In this document: positions 1 through 14,609 of the stretch, one piece after another
Position numbering within the stretch: the first letter of the stretch is position 1
Layout: each line of letters begins with the position of its first letter
Assembly (NCBI RefSeq): GCF_964204645.1
Contig: NC_134031.1
Location: forward strand, 9,672,001 to 9,736,000
Direction: 5' to 3'
DNA length: 64,000 bases
DNA from: Tubulanus polymorphus
Taxonomy: Eukaryota > Animalia > Nemertea
The notes under the pieces: generated by a model
Databases searched by the model: none
What the model saw: only the letters and a program-made list of their open reading frames with translations
What the model was told of the DNA's origin: nothing
Made by a program: the position numbers and the translations under genes

Positions 1-300
1 GTAGAACAGCTTATTCCCTATTACTCCTAATAATTTCATATAAATGAACATTATTTACATGAATTTCCTATATTTTAATATATATAGTTCATATTTTAAC
101 AGATTTCGAATAAAAATATAAGTAAAATAAATGGATAACTAAAAGAATATAAAAGTGTGAGTAAAGTGTGAGTGAAATAGTTTATATTTTAAACATATTT
201 CAATATTTATATTTGTATGAGTTAGATTTTCAAACATAAAACGTGTGAGTAAAGTGTGGTTGAAATAATTCATATTTTGACATTGAATATTTATATTTGA

Positions 301-974
301 ATGAGTTTTAATGGAAGTTTTGTTATAAAAATGAAGACAGAAGAAGAAGAACCCAAATTCAAAATCGAAATAAAAGAAACCAATAAATTATTTACACAGT
401 TTAACATTAAAAATTATATCTCAGCAACAAATTTAGTGTCCGCAAGACATTATAAAATTGATAACATAACTATGATTAATCAAATATCATCAAGTGAAAC
501 ATATTTAATTACTGAACTAGTAGATACTTTTGATAATGGTGTTTAAAATCCTAAAATGTTCAATACAGTTTTAAATTTTAAAGGAACTTTAGATGAAAAC
601 ATAATAAATATTCTTCAAACTCCTTTCAATGAAAGAAAAAGTGATACAATACTTTCTAAAGATTATAATGATTTGATTAACTTAAGAATTAAAAAAAGAC
701 AATTATATTATTTCAATTTTGATAATAAACAAATTATCTATAATGAAAATCTTCAAATATTGGTATTCAATGTGAATTAGATAATGAAAAATCATTCAAA
801 GATGTTGCAGTTCAATGTAATTTAGATGATGAATTTAGAAAATTCAATCCTAATGAAAAAGTGTATTGTTATTGTGGTGGCAAATATTCAAAATCACATA
901 AATCAAAGCATTATCAGACAATCAAACATATCGAATATGAAAAGAATAATAATTCTATATTAAAATTAGATTAA
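301..974 (+). pseudogene. Broken copy of the subterminal zinc-finger ORF (homologue of 38562-39212)
   Basis: ORFs 301-546 and 556-780 match the 216-aa ORF almost residue for residue. A stop at 544-546 and a frameshift near 750 interrupt it. Confidence 0.85.
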
Positions 975-1092
975 GCTGTATGACTAATTGGAAAATTTGA
1001 AATATCATAACTCAAAAATAATAATTCAACTCTAAATATTCATATTCAAAATAAGATATTTCAAATTACTTTTAATTTTTTTCTTTAAATAA

Positions 1093-1338
1093 ATGGATGA
1101 TTTCAGCATTCCAATTGGGAAAAGTGATTTGAAGCATTATTTAGTTGCAGGAGGATTAATATTGGCTGCACTTTTCTTTTACTATGAGAACATTTCAAAA
1201 CATAAAAATATAAAAACTGATAATATTCAGCATGAAATAATTAAAACTTATAATGATAATAAATCACATGAAAATACTAAATTAGCTATAACTTGTATAG
1301 GTATTATAATAGGAGGAATATTATATTTCAAATTTTAA
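1093..1338 (+). CDS. Chimeric 81-aa ORF created by a deletion
   Basis: N-terminus (GKSDLKHYLVAGGLILAAL) matches 31109-31315. C-terminus (HENTKLAITCIGI.IGGILYFKF) matches the end of 52606-53991. Confidence 0.6.
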   Translation: MDDFSIPIGKSDLKHYLVAGGLILAALFFYYENISKHKNIKTDNIQHEIIKTYNDNKSHENTKLAITCIGIIIGGILYFKF

Positions 1339-1354
1339 TTTTCATAAGATATAA

Positions 1355-2821
1355 ATGGATGTAGAAGGTGAAGATATTTCAATGGATACTTTAGATGAAC
1401 CTGGTATAATTGATGAATCACATCCTGATTTTAATGAAACTAATATTGATAATGAAGATGATACAACATATAATTCTAATTTAGCAGATAGTGGTTCAAA
1501 AGATCCATCAACAGACGAGTTTGATAGAAGAACTAAATCGAGAATAAATCCTGAAAATGATAATCCAGATTTAGTAAAACAAAATTTAGAATATAAATAA
1601 TATATTTATCATTTCAGACCTAGATTTGAAGAATCAGGATATAATATAAATGATAGAGGTGCTAGATATTTAGTAAGAGAATTAAAATCTTTAGATGATG
1701 AATATTATTATCATTTAAAAGACGATTATTATATTTATATCTTATAAAAAACAAAATAAAATATTAGCAGAATCAACTTTGAGTAATTTCGAACCATCTA
1801 GTATTAAAAGAAGTAATAGTAATGAAATAGAAAATGTTACCGACGCAGAAATAAAGAGAAATAAAAGATCATTTCATCTAAGAATTGATCGTTTATTTGA
1901 AACAATTAACAATGATTTAGAAACAGAAACAACTTCTAAACAGAATATAACTTCCAAAACTAGTAAACTTAAATCAAGAAGCGTTCAAACTGAAAAAACC
2001 TTTACCGAATGGGTTACTTCATGCAACAGATCAAGAATTAGAAGAATTAGATATATTTTCTGATAAAACAATTAGAGAAAGTATTGGTATAAGACTTGCA
2101 TCTGATAAAATTGCGCACGATTAAAGTATAAGAGATTTTAAAATTTAAACTTTAGAAAAAGATAGACCTGATAAAATTAAATTATCTAAAGCGGATGAAT
2201 ATTAAAACAATCAAAGTCTGATTTAGATCATCAAGTAATTGATGAAATTGAATATAGGTAAAAAGAATTAAGTTTAGAAAAAGAAATTGATGATCGAAAA
2301 TATAATATAGGATTACAGAAAGAAGAAATTAAATTATCATTAAAATCATATGATTATAATATCAATAGATTAAAAGTTATTGTTAAAGATTTAATAATTA
2401 AACCAAATTCTAATCATTGAGGGATAGAATAAAATTATTTAAGTTAGAAAGTATCACAATTCTTTCAATTCTAACAGCTGTAACTATGATATTTACAACA
2501 ATAGGTTTAGCTATTTCAAATTCATTAAAATATACACCAAATCCCAATAAACCAGATAAACCACCAAGTCACAATTCACCAAGTCATAATTCTATACAGA
2601 ATAAAGTTAAAGATGGTTTAAAAAAATTAGCAAAATATTTATGGGATCTATCTAAAAAATCTGCAGCAGCTTTACCCGGAATTATAGCATCAATTGTTAG
2701 TTTTGTTTTAAAATCTGCTGGAAATATTATTAGTTTTGATGCTGAACATATTATTTTATTTTTAATTACAGTTGTAAGTGCAATTATTTTTGTGTTAGGT
2801 AATACGATAAAAAACAAATAA
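1355..2821 (+). pseudogene. Broken coiled-coil/transmembrane protein gene (homologue of 51160-52590)
   Basis: ORFs 1355, 1779 and 2417 align in order with 52150-52590 and 51384-52217 (YNSNLADSGSK, LETETTS.QNITSKTSKLKS, ITILSILTAVTM). Confidence 0.85.
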
Positions 2822-2841
2822 ATAATTTTTTTCTTAAATAA

Positions 2842-3690
2842 ATGAGCGGGAGTTATATAAATCCTTCTAAGAATTCTAGAATATCTAATGCAATTTAAGT
2901 AGAAAGATCTCATCATATAATTACTCATAATCCTTCTAATATTAATCCTGATGAAACTTTATATGTTAGAAATCCTAGATTAAATCTAAATACTTATGAT
3001 TTATATACGCATTATAAAGATTTATGGTTAACTAAAGAAAATAGAAATAATATGATTTTCCAAGGGATCTAATCAGAAAACCAAAATAGATTAAGATCGG
3101 AAGCACATAATGCAGTAGTAACTTATGACGTAGATAATTTGATAAAAAAAATTTATGGAAGCAAATATAAAATTCCATTAGACTTTGAATTGATAAATAA
3201 TAATGCGCCTTTCTATTAATACGCAATACAAGAAGATATTATATTCGAAATAACGTTTGCTCCTGTTAATGAAATTGTATTATCAAGCGTTGTTAAAGAT
3301 ATGGATTATAAATTATCAAATATATATTTAGAATATGACACAGTAACTGATGAAAATATTGCTAACACAATTCAAACTAAATACAATCAAGGATTTTCAT
3401 TATTCTATGATTATATTGATAAATTTAAACTGTAACTATTAATGCAAATTATGAAATAATTAATGAGAATATTAACTTCCCAAGAAGATATATTTAAGGT
3501 ATATTAATACCTTTTACCATTGTAAAATATTCTAATGGTACAATAAAAGTTGATAATTATTATAATCCTGAAATATCATAAGTAGAAATAACAATTGAAG
3601 GTATCGCAAATATAATATTTTGTCAAGGAATGAGAATGATAGATCAATGGGTAGAAATTAAAAAACATTTTATGAATGAAAAAAAAATAG
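2842..3690 (+). pseudogene. Major capsid protein pseudogene
   Basis: Nucleotide similarity to the reverse complement of 50140-51122 from the ATG (ATGAGCGGGAGTTATATA) onward, with an internal deletion near 2995, stops and frameshifts. Confidence 0.8.
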
Positions 3691-6600
3691 ATAAACGTTC
3701 AAATATTGGATCTTTCTTAAAACCAAGCTTTGACCTCTACCCTTACGACTCCTCCTTGTAGAAAATGTAGAAATATGACACCCAATCGAAGCTACGCAAA
3801 TGACAATGACAGTTGAACCTTTATTTACGAATTTCGATGACACCGAAAATAAAATCGAAATAATCAAATTTCGATGCTTGCACTTATTATAGGTTGTCAG
3901 GTTCAGCCCAAATGTTCTTTTATTTGACTACTTCTTGTATGAAACGTGGAAATGAGAAGTTGCAAGGAATTACCAAACAAAAAGAAAAACTATTGAGAAT
4001 TAGAATTACTGTAGTTAAGAATTTATTCAAATGAAGTGAAAACTTAATTGTTAGCTCATACGGGTACACGCACATAAAACAATAACAACAATTTACAAAT
4101 ATCATGATGCACAGAGAAATGAAAGGTAAATAAATGAAGACAAATATAATTCATTCAATTTTCCATTTTGGGGAAGCATGATGTAGTTTTGATGAACTAA
4201 TTTTTAGCTAGTTAGTATCATCTTATACAGTGTGTCCTGAACAATTATTGTTCCACCTCAATCAACTGAAGATTCCGGCTCTTGTCATGGAAATGAGGTC
4301 CTCCATCAATCGATCAAAATTTGAGTTCAGACCACTATTCCAAAATCTTCTATATCCTATATTGTAAAAATAAGGAATTCGAGAGTTTAGTTCATATGTA
4401 AGCGCGTAAATTCAGGGGAAATCCTGCTTATGGCATAGGCCAGCATCTTAGCGACGCATTGAAGTGGTTTTTGCCCCACATACCTAACCTTACTTTTGAA
4501 ATAATCGAACATTTAGAAGTGATGGGTATCCTAGTACAGGCATGCCAGTACATCCAGCCTAATGCCCCACCGTGTTTGGTACCAATACTCCGAGCAAATG
4601 AGGCCCAGGAAATTCCTTTTGTATCATCATCTTCTGCCCCTCAGGACCAATGGATTTCATACATATAACCGAAATTCGTTACCTATCCCATTTTCCGAAA
4701 TTATGGCAACATTAATGGTGGACCTCTTCTTCACTCTAGCTACTATTTTTGGGGTCCAGTCCGGCCCTTAGCATCTTCGAGCTACTAACCTATTAATTGT
4801 GGTCTGATGCCAGTTGAAAATGTTGAACGCAGCCGCAGACGACCTTGTAGGCATAAGCTTACCTCTATAACCCGAAAATTCGGTAAAGACTAAAGCACGG
4901 TTTATGACTCGGCAGCAGACACCGGGCCCGGAAAAATTTTCAAAACATGTATCGTCGGTTTCAGAGTTTTTAAGGAATTCCCTGAAATTTCAGCGTTCTT
5001 CCGGAATTCCCTGAAATTTCAGCGTTTTATTTTCAGCGTTTTAGTGTTTCAGCTTTTTCAGCGAAGTTCAGGAACCGGTGATCCGCCTTCCCCAGGTAAA
5101 CAGACAAATATACAAAATATACAATTATATGAAGTGGCTGCATTTTAAAATGTCAATTGCTTAAATTGAAGTATACAAAATAAAAAGGCAATGAAGACGG
5201 GGTAGATTGATTGAAGGTTGGTACATGTATCAAAGAGGGAAACTTTTAACTTAGGTCTATACCGTTCCGGAAGAAATTTTTCGCTCCGATTTTAGATAAT
5301 CTCGCACAGTGTGTATTCGTGCCGCAATAGTTCCTTGCTGTTCAGGGACAGTGTTCGTGTTGTGAGAGAGCAGGCAAATATACAGTAAGTTTGTCTCATT
5401 GTTTTAAACATTTAACGTTCAGCCGGTGTACACATCACTACCTGCCTACCTGCAATAACTAAAAAATAGTGCCGTTTTTTCCAACTTCAAAAGTTATGAA
5501 TTTGATGAATTTAATAATTGTCATCCGATTTACTTGAACTAAATTTTCGAGGGATGATAAAAAGCATCTTGTACTGTGTTTAAAGTTCCATGTTGATGCG
5601 CGGCGTAGTTCGCGAGTTACAAGCTGTTGGACCCGAGCCAACTTAAGGTTGTCCATTGAGGTGCGCGTGTACTCTACACTTCACTGCTGATTTCGAAAAA
5701 TGCAGTTTTGAGATGTCCATCTTCTAGGCGATCTCGCATAAATGGGGCGGGACTGGGGATCACAAAACCTTCACAAGGGGTTTTCTTGATTGACATCCAG
5801 GTATGCCGTACTTGTTTCATCCTCGCTTGCCAGGGGTCCGGTATCGCTCCCGAACTCGCTTCCACCAGCCCCCTGGCCTCACGAAGCGTGATTTCATTAC
5901 TGGCGCTGATGCGCATGACGTCATATATCAACACGCGACAATACTTCCGCGTTCGCTACGTGTTCGCTGTTGGTCCATTTACCGGGAAATTCCATAGATA
6001 CCTAATGTCGTTTGTAACAAGCGCTGTGATTGGCCCGACTTGATTCTGGTCGGCTAGTAACGACTCCAACGACTCGTGAGGTCAAGGGGTTCGGGGAACG
6101 GCTTTAGCAGAGTGGGTTCGAATCCCTTGACGGGTGAAGATGTACTTGTTTGTACCGTACCGGCAATTTGACCGATTTTGTGACACTTTAAAGATTTAAA
6201 CGCAATATATTATATAAAATTATGAAATTTAGAAATAAGTTCTCCCCCAGCTGTAAAAATATTGTAGTCTTAGTGTATATTGCAAAAGGTTTTAGTTTGA
6301 TTCGTAAAGCCGTCTTTTCCCGGAAATTGCCGGGAAGTGGGGAAATAAAATTGCTACATCCGGGCATTTTCATTTATTTCCGGGTTCGCGTAAGCGTTTC
6401 AAGTTTAATCAGCTGTTTACGCTAGTTTTTGTGATAATTATTTCATTTTGAGTAGTTTTGGAGATGATGTTGCCGAAAAAGCTAAAGAATCCCCTGTTTC
6501 ATTCAGAATGAAGGCCTTGCCCTTAGTAACTTAGGCCTACCTCTTCATCAATCCCCAATAAAACTGACCATATAAAAACTTAACTGAAATGAAAATACAA

Positions 6601-6879
6601 GATCTATTTTAAATATCAAAAAATAATTTATTTATGTTTTACAAATCAATTATAAGCTACAATTGAAATGGCCAAACTCTTAAGAACATCTTTCGATTTT
6701 GGGCCGCCACAAATTTTCTAATTGCTCTATTTTATCAATTACAAAGCAATCAAATTATGCAGCAGGCACTAACATTAAAAATGAATTTCTATTCCAGGGT
6801 TAAAGTTTAGTGTCTTCGAATCACAACTTCTGACGATGAAGTCGCACATCGCGTTACTAAAAACTCCCAAAAACCGACG

Positions 6880-9800
6880 GAACTCGCTAAAAATGAAAAA
6901 ATAAAAGTGACTAACAATGAGTATCCACCGGCAATCATTGTCCGATTCAAAGACAGAAATGTGAGGGATAATATACTGTGTAATATACAGAAATTAAAAG
7001 GCACGCGCATCGTCATTCGCGAGGATTTATGCACAGAAATACTGAAACTGGTGAACAGAGCGCTTAACTCCCAACTATACGATGGAAGATAAACGCACAA
7101 AGTATACGCATCGCGAAACAAGAAAAATCTGAATATCCTATTGTACGAACCACTACCGGAATAATGACGAACTCCTTGTAATCGACACGATATTTCAAAT
7201 AGAACATTGCATTTGTCCAGTACTCTCCTACTGTTTTCTTAGTAGGGTAATTATTTTTTGTGTTTTCTATTCTTGTTTCTCCACAAAATTTATTGTGCTT
7301 AATCAATTTTCCTATTTCTAAGATGGATGCCACCATACCGTCCCAATAAATTGAATAAAAACTTTCATTCTACGATCCTAGGAAATGTGTTTCGGTAACA
7401 TTGACCCTAGCGGCCGATTCGGCACCAATTCATCAAATTTAAATGAACTAATTGACGATGAGTACAAGACAATCGACAACGAAAAGCCTTTATTATGATC
7501 CAAATGACTTAAAACAACTGCATGACCAAAATGAGTCAAACAATAACTTGAATATTGCCCATCTAAACGTACATAGCGTTATAAGCAAACTAGATGACTT
7601 AAAACTTTTACTGCTCAAATGTAAACAAAAACTTTGTGTTAGATGTCCTTCTACTGTGCGAAACTTTCATCAGCGATAGTAGACTCCTGTCACATACCTG
7701 GCTATAACCTCTTTTCGCAACACCAGCAAAGATCCTAGCGCGGGGCGTTTGCATTTTTATTAAAGATAGCGTTCCATCCATAAACAGATCGGATCTTAAT
7801 CTTTTCAAAGAGTCTAAATTTGAATCGTGTTTTATAGAAATCAAAAATAGTGGTAAAAATAAACATATTGTGCTTGGGGAAATATATCGAGTTCCTGGTA
7901 CTTATGAAAGTGAATTCTCAGATGACTATCAAAATCTTATAGGAAAAAGTAAACGTGAGCGTAAAAATATCATAATTGGAACGGATCAGCATCTCGACTA
8001 CCTTTTAATCAACCACCTTAAAAATACGGCAAAATTCCTTGATATAAACCTTGACCTGGATCTCTTACCAACAATATTAAGACCCACTAGAATAACACAC
8101 ACTCCTCTACCTTAATTGATAATATTTATATAAGCAGTGACCTAAGTAATATATCAACCAGTGCTAAGACCAATGATCTTGTAGCTCACCTGACCATTAA
8201 CTAATAGGCAGTTCAGACTTGCTATAGGTCTAAAATGGATTATACGCTGGTCTTACTGCAAGGGCCAGAAAATCGATATACACATCCTTTTAAACCTTCA
8301 AAGGAGCGAAATCAAACGGCAACCCTTGTTTTAATAATCAGATTTTTTTTTCAGATAATAATATTCATATCAAAAGATAGGATAGGTCTTATTAGGAGCT
8401 AGGCCTAATCCAGCTGGCTTAATCATATCAGAAGTTTTGTCTTAGAATATAAGTTGAAACGTGGTTTTCGAAAAAATCTATAATTCCTGCTTCAATAAGT
8501 CGAGGTGGTAATTCATTCTTGGGGTACCGGTATCCGTAAAACAATGAGTCAGATCAATAAAAATTAAGTGAAAATGAAATTGCATTGAATTGAGTTGCAA
8601 TGACATCGTAATAAACAGATTGATATTCTGTCCGTCCTGTACTAACATCTTGCTGTAGTAGACATACACGTGTGAATAAACCAGGAAATGCGCGGTAGTG
8701 CGCGGTGTCTCTAGTGTACGGAGATGGATCGGGGTCATTCACAAATGTAATCAAAGAAACCAAAACTTTGACCTGTTGAAACACAATGTGACATTGCGAC
8801 TGAAATATAATGAAATAAAATTTAACCTTGATCTCGACTGATTTGAATTCGAAATTAAAATCCACCATTCGGCGCATTCTGTCCACACTTGAAATTTGAA
8901 AATGTTCCAAATAGGCTACCAAACAATAGTTCATAGGTCGGGCCACGTTATAAGAGAGTTTGGCGCGAGTGGGACCCCTGCGTTAAGACCGGCCTGGGAG
9001 TAAATCTAAACGTTTTCCAGCGAAAATTATGTGGAAATGTTTGAACAACACCCAAAACTTTATAGTTCTAGCAGTCCGGGTCTATTTTGACTTCAAAGAA
9101 ACGCATGTATACAAAAAGAACGGCAATATGCTTCGATTTTCGGTTATATCACAAAAACACGAGCTTGGAATTATATGAAATTTCCAGATAGAAAAATAGA
9201 TACTATATGACACCTCTGATAAAAAAATCAGATCCAAGACCATCTAGATAAAAAGTGTGGCACCCGTTTAACTGAAATTTTTCGCAAAAGGGAAATGCAT
9301 TGGAAGCATGGCGTCATCAGCTAGTGATAGCAAAAGCAAACGATAAGTTCGCTAAAAAAATTGCAATAAATATTCCAAAATCTAGATTAGAATTTTATCA
9401 ATATTTGAAACATAAAAATGATACCACTTTCTTTATGTATCCCAATAATCCAACAGAAATTTACAAAATTATTCAACAACTTAAATCTAAATATTCTTCT
9501 GGAGCCTGTGATCTATCAAATAATGTATTACTTTAAAAAATTGGTCACTTCTTATGCCTACCACTTAGCGTTATCTTTAATAAATCGACACAATCCAAAT
9601 CCTAGCTCTAAATTCCTATTGCACTCTCCTGTTGGTAACCCGTCCTGAATCAAGTCCCAGACCAGCTTTTAGCAAGTATCTACGAGTGTCTTTTGAGTGT
9701 CTCCCGAGTGTCTGCTCTCTCAAGATGCGGGTCCCTTTTATAGAAAGAATCGGCATTCTTAAAATAACGACTCTCCCACTCGACTTTCGGCAAGCAGCAG

Positions 9801-11020
9801 CAACGTAACGGTCATGACTGTTTTGGTCATATAGAATTTAGCCTTAATGATTCGCTGATCTAAAATTATTTTCAAAACTGATTTGCTGAACTAACTTTTT
9901 CCTTCCAACCCTCCTGTCATGACGCGGAATGATTTACTCACTCCTTGCTTATCATCGTTGAGAGAACAGCTATTCTCTGCGAGTTACCAACATACGTATA
10001 CAACAAGAGAAACTTTAGAGAGCTAGTATTATCATTTAACACAAATTAATTTTCTCAAAACTTTAGCGATTATAGAGACTTTGTACTCAATAAACATCTA
10101 GGATATTCAAATTAAATATATTTCCGAAACTTTAGTATTTGTCTCTTGTATATTGTACCACTGATTATTTCTTTTTGAATCATTATAAATACTTTTGATT
10201 CGGAACTTCATTATGATCCATTATCCCTCTTAAAATCATTCTATAACTGTTACACTAAATAAATTTGATTACAATACAGGATAAAGCAAAACAATATCTC
10301 CCCATACTTCCTTTTTTCTTTTTATAGAAAGTAGTCGGGAGTATCATGAAGTAACAGCGTGATTCTTCCACCAGCCACATAACTAATGCAACCCATTGTT
10401 CCGACCAAATACGGTTCCGTCTATCCATAAGTTTATAAAAAGATTTCTGAATGTTTGCCAGATATCGCAGCAGAAGAACCGAGAAAGAATTATTTTTACA
10501 CCAGGCTGATTTATGGTCAGCGCTGATAGATCAAAGCATCAAACAACAACCTGCTTACTACATCTTACTACGTTTGTTGTCTGAAACCATTAATAACCAC
10601 CAACGCATTCAGGAAATCAACATTACAAACATTTTTTAGCTACTACGAAATCTTGCTGCGGATCACTACAAAAGAAGGCTATTCGCATTATAGATAACGC
10701 TAAATATAACCCCCATCTCGAGTATCCTGAAAAAATATGAGATACTTAAACTTGACGACATAAACTCAAAATCACAAAATTTGGTTATAATTTAACTAAG
10801 AACGTTCTGCCGACACCTATTATGAAACTATTCAGGAAAAACTCCATTCATCATAATTACCAAACCAGAAATCGAAATCTCCATTGGACCGAACCACATA
10901 CTAGTATGATTTATCATAAATCATTTCTAACTTAAGTACCAGCTACCTGGCGTTTTACTTCACGAATCCTGAGAAATTGCACTATCTATAATACACTTAT
11001 CGAACAATTCAAGAAGATTA
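6880..11020 (+). mobile_element. Degenerate, interrupted CR1/L2-clade non-LTR retrotransposon
   Basis: In order: ORF1-like C-terminus (PAIIVRFKDR...KLKGTRIVIREDL, 6907-7092), APE endonuclease pieces (LNIAHLNVHS, GEIYRVP, ILRPTRITH, 7452-8130), linker (EIYKIIQQLKSKYSSG, 9330-9590) and post-RT tail (LQKKAIRII near 10665). The RT core is absent and other insertions intervene. Confidence 0.7.
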
Positions 11021-12774
11021 TCCTGACAACATATTAGACATATTATATGCATCCGAGAGACAACCAAAATTGTTATCGTTTATATGATAGTTTATTTGTT
11101 GCCAATCATTTTTAGCAACGATGCTACCTTGATTTGTGGTATCAGTCACCATGGTAACTGCGTCAGAATAGCCATTGTTGGAATAACTATTATTGTTGTG
11201 GAGTTGCCTTCGGTTCTCCAACAATGTTGTGGGGTTGAGTTTCTCAACCAATTGTTGTGGGGGCCACGTTGCGTTCTCCCCTTGTGTTGTCGTTGTTGGT
11301 TCCGATTAATCCGATAAGTGATATCCCTCTGACTCCGGAATAATAACAACTCTTCTCGTGGGTCTACGTTCTTTCTTTATTTTCCCGCACAATTCTTATT
11401 CCTTCCTACAGCTCGTATTTTTAGGCTTCTCCGCCACTCTAGAATCTCTCTCCCCCTTACTGTGCTGACCCTCCCTTTTTATCTTATTTCATGTTACTCG
11501 TGACGTATACTTCTACATATGTTATACGTCACGAGTTTATTATACTTGTTTACTTCCTAGCCATACCAGAGCTCAAGGCTGCCGCTATAACCAGCAACCC
11601 TACGCAGATACTCACGTCACTTTCACCTATCTTCTATTCAGTGTCTTGTGTGCGACGTAAGCATCTACGTAGGTTGTTTACTAACTTCAGCCACTGCCCT
11701 GAACTCTGGCTTCCCTCCCTCTATGCAAACTACTAATTTATCACCCCAATATTATCAATACAATATTTCTAATGCGTTTGTTTGCCATATATGTCGAAGG
11801 AAAATGCAAACAAAATATCGATTCCAAATGATATTGAGCCGCTCTTTTCGATGGAGGTAAAATCATTCAGCTACATTTACTGAAAGATATAGTTTTTGGG
11901 CATTCTTTGCAAAATTGTTATATTTCACTTGATAGTTCGATACTACGGTTTCTATGGGCACAACAAAAACCTACCAAAACAGTAAAATTGAATACCATAC
12001 TAATCTATATCGTCAGAGCTTTCCATTGGTTATCATGTCTATATTGTTGAACGTGTTGCCATGGAAACACGCTAAATACAAACTTGCCAATTTTCCCATT
12101 TCCACCAAAATTTCCGCAAAAATCCTCTTTTCACGCAAAGGAAATACGAATAATGATGTCCAACGTGAAATCTTTAGTAACAAACTGTTTATTTACATTT
12201 TTCAGGGGCATATCATAACAGATATTACAGACTGAGCACCATTAGGTAGCGATTTGAGCGAAAGTCAAACTTGTGATATCTTTTTGATTTCGATTTTTTG
12301 ATAGTAAATATTCAAGTCCTCATCACGATTCTTTTTGGACGAACAGACATGTAGAACCAAATAGACATGTTTCGTTAAAAATTTGACAAAATAAACATCA
12401 GCAAATGTTCTATTTCATATCGTTTTCAATTATCACATTTTTCATATATATTTTTCTATGTATAAGGCTAGTCTAGTTTGATGTCATACAAGTTGTCATA
12501 TCTTGAAAATAATCAAAATTGTATGAATAATAGGATATCTCAAAATTATATGAATATTACTTTAAATGATAAAATACTAAATAACTACTTATCACATTCC
12601 ATCTGCATTGGCATGTAAGACACTCTTAAATTGCTTAATATCTATGAACTCCAAAGCAGATGCATAAATCAGTACATTCCAATCCGTTTAAGAGGCAAGA
12701 GCAATTGATATCGATCATCCAATTTAATAATACTTAGTGACATCCATTATTTATTTATAAATATTTTTGAATAT

Positions 12775-13015
12775 TAGTTATATTATTACTGTTGTCGTTG
12801 TTGTTGTTATTATTGTTGTTTATTATTATTAATTATTATTATTTATTTTAATTATTTATTATAATTATTTATTATTATAATTTATGACTATTAATTGTTA
12901 TTATTATTATTTATTATTATTTATCATTATTATATATTTTATTATCTATTATTATTATCAATAATAATAATAATATTATTATTATTAACTATTATTATTA
13001 TTGTAATAGTTATCA
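12775..13015. repeat. Imperfect (ATT)n microsatellite
   Basis: Directly visible ATT/GTT/AAT runs. Confidence 0.9.
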
Positions 13016-14428
13016 TTTTTTTCCTGTTTCTATTGCACCCTTCTCGCACGCTTTGCACTCGGGTTCAGCGCCTTGCAATTGCTTGTGAGTACAGGCCAAA
13101 AGGCTTGCGCTGGATCCCTCATTTAACATTCTTAAATATTCGGAATTGTAAAAATAACCTCACATCGAAATGTAGTTGAATGAAAATAAAATTATTATTA
13201 TACATACGGTGTGCATTGTTTATTTATTGCTTCATGGGGTCTTGGATAACAAACCTACAACACAACTGGACGTTTATTCCCACCCATACCTGTATGTCAG
13301 CCGGATTCCTCAACGACGTCAACACCATTATTACAAACACTTGAATTTTCATCATTCTCTGCCCATAAACAGTATAAGGAGACATGTCACATTTGACCTA
13401 CACGTCCCAGCTGACTAATACTATGCATTACCCCCAGAACCCCTCAACACAGGCAACCATTCAGTATTTTCGCAATCTCTTTTCCAATTGTTTTCCTACA
13501 CAATATTCCATTTGCCACTGGCAGATGCTGAAGACAAAAATCTGATTATCTCCTATTTACACCAAACCACTACATTTATATCAAAGAGGGATTCACAATA
13601 TGTAGCCCATAAAATGGTCACCCTACTACAAAGTTCACCAAACTACAAAGTTCAAAGACCACATGCGTTACCATGTTCCCATCAGGGGGTGCTGCAAACA
13701 TGACACAGCTGATTCTTTCCTATCATTCCTAAGGGCAGTAAATTTGATAATGACAAATTATTGCATATATATATAACCCGTGGATTGACACACCTAGTGA
13801 AAAGTTATACAACATTTACGTAGTAACAGCTGACGTTTTGGGGGTATATGCCGAACTTTAATATACACCAGTCTTATAATCATATTCAAAGTAACCATGG
13901 TGTCCCTGGACCCCTAGTTTCATGAAAAATCCCCATATAGACAAACCTCCATGTCCCATTCACCTGTATATATTACTACATTCTCAATTTTTCCACCAGG
14001 TGCTAGTATTTTCCTCGAAAGTATTTTTCTCGTCCTTAGTTACGGTTACTTTCTTAAGAAGGGGCGTTTGATATGGTTGTGTATATATACATCATTAAAA
14101 AAGTAGTTCCGCATATGGTGGTCGTTCTTGTCATGTGTTTTTGTTATCTTACGCTCTGACAGTCTAATATATCTCCAGTACTGATATCAGAGGACGGACA
14201 TCATAACAAGCTCGTTTTAATAGATTATATCGTATGCAGTTAGTAGATATCCATTTTTTTGCAGTATTTTCATATAATAGGGTTGAGAATATATTAACAA
14301 ATTCCGTGAATTGAAATAAGGGAGAATTTAGTTATATACATTCGGATCTGATTATCAATAATCGATACTCGCTTCTCTATTATAGAAGTATTTAACCAAA
14401 GAAAATGTTCGCCTTCATTTTCTTTCAG

Positions 14429-14500
14429 AACTTTCTTCAGCTGTGGACTGACCACTATTCCGAATCTATCTCAAATACGATCACAAAATGAACTGTCGAT
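14429..14500 (+). CDS. LGR1: LRR exon of the glycoprotein hormone receptor-like gene
   Basis: tttctttcag|72 nt|gtgagt. Encodes TFFSCGLTTIPNLSQIRSQNELS, like the NTGxxxFPD exon of LHR/FSHR. Phase 2 at both ends. Confidence 0.75.
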
Positions 14501-14609
14501 GTGAGTCAAAGATTTATAGATTTTCTTCGCGGTAAAGGGTTGGGGAGTATTGTCTATGTTGTAAAAAATTAATTGATCTATATTTGTTAATGAAACCATT
14601 TTTATTCCT

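Larger units (their letters stand above)
1..3690 (+). mobile_element. Internally deleted Polinton/Maverick-like remnant (copy A)
   Basis: Begins with the 3' arm of the family terminal palindrome (CCCTATTACT at 16-25). Followed by broken homologues of ORFs 38562-39212, 31109-31315/52606-53991, 51160-52590 and the capsid gene 49875-51122. Confidence 0.85.

Noticed and set aside
4380-6100. GC-richer segment with short overlapping ORFs
   Set aside because: No recognisable motifs or consistent splice pattern; probably old repeat debris, cannot be assigned.
12895-13179. Hydrophobic 94-aa ORF
   Set aside because: Translation of the (ATT)n microsatellite.
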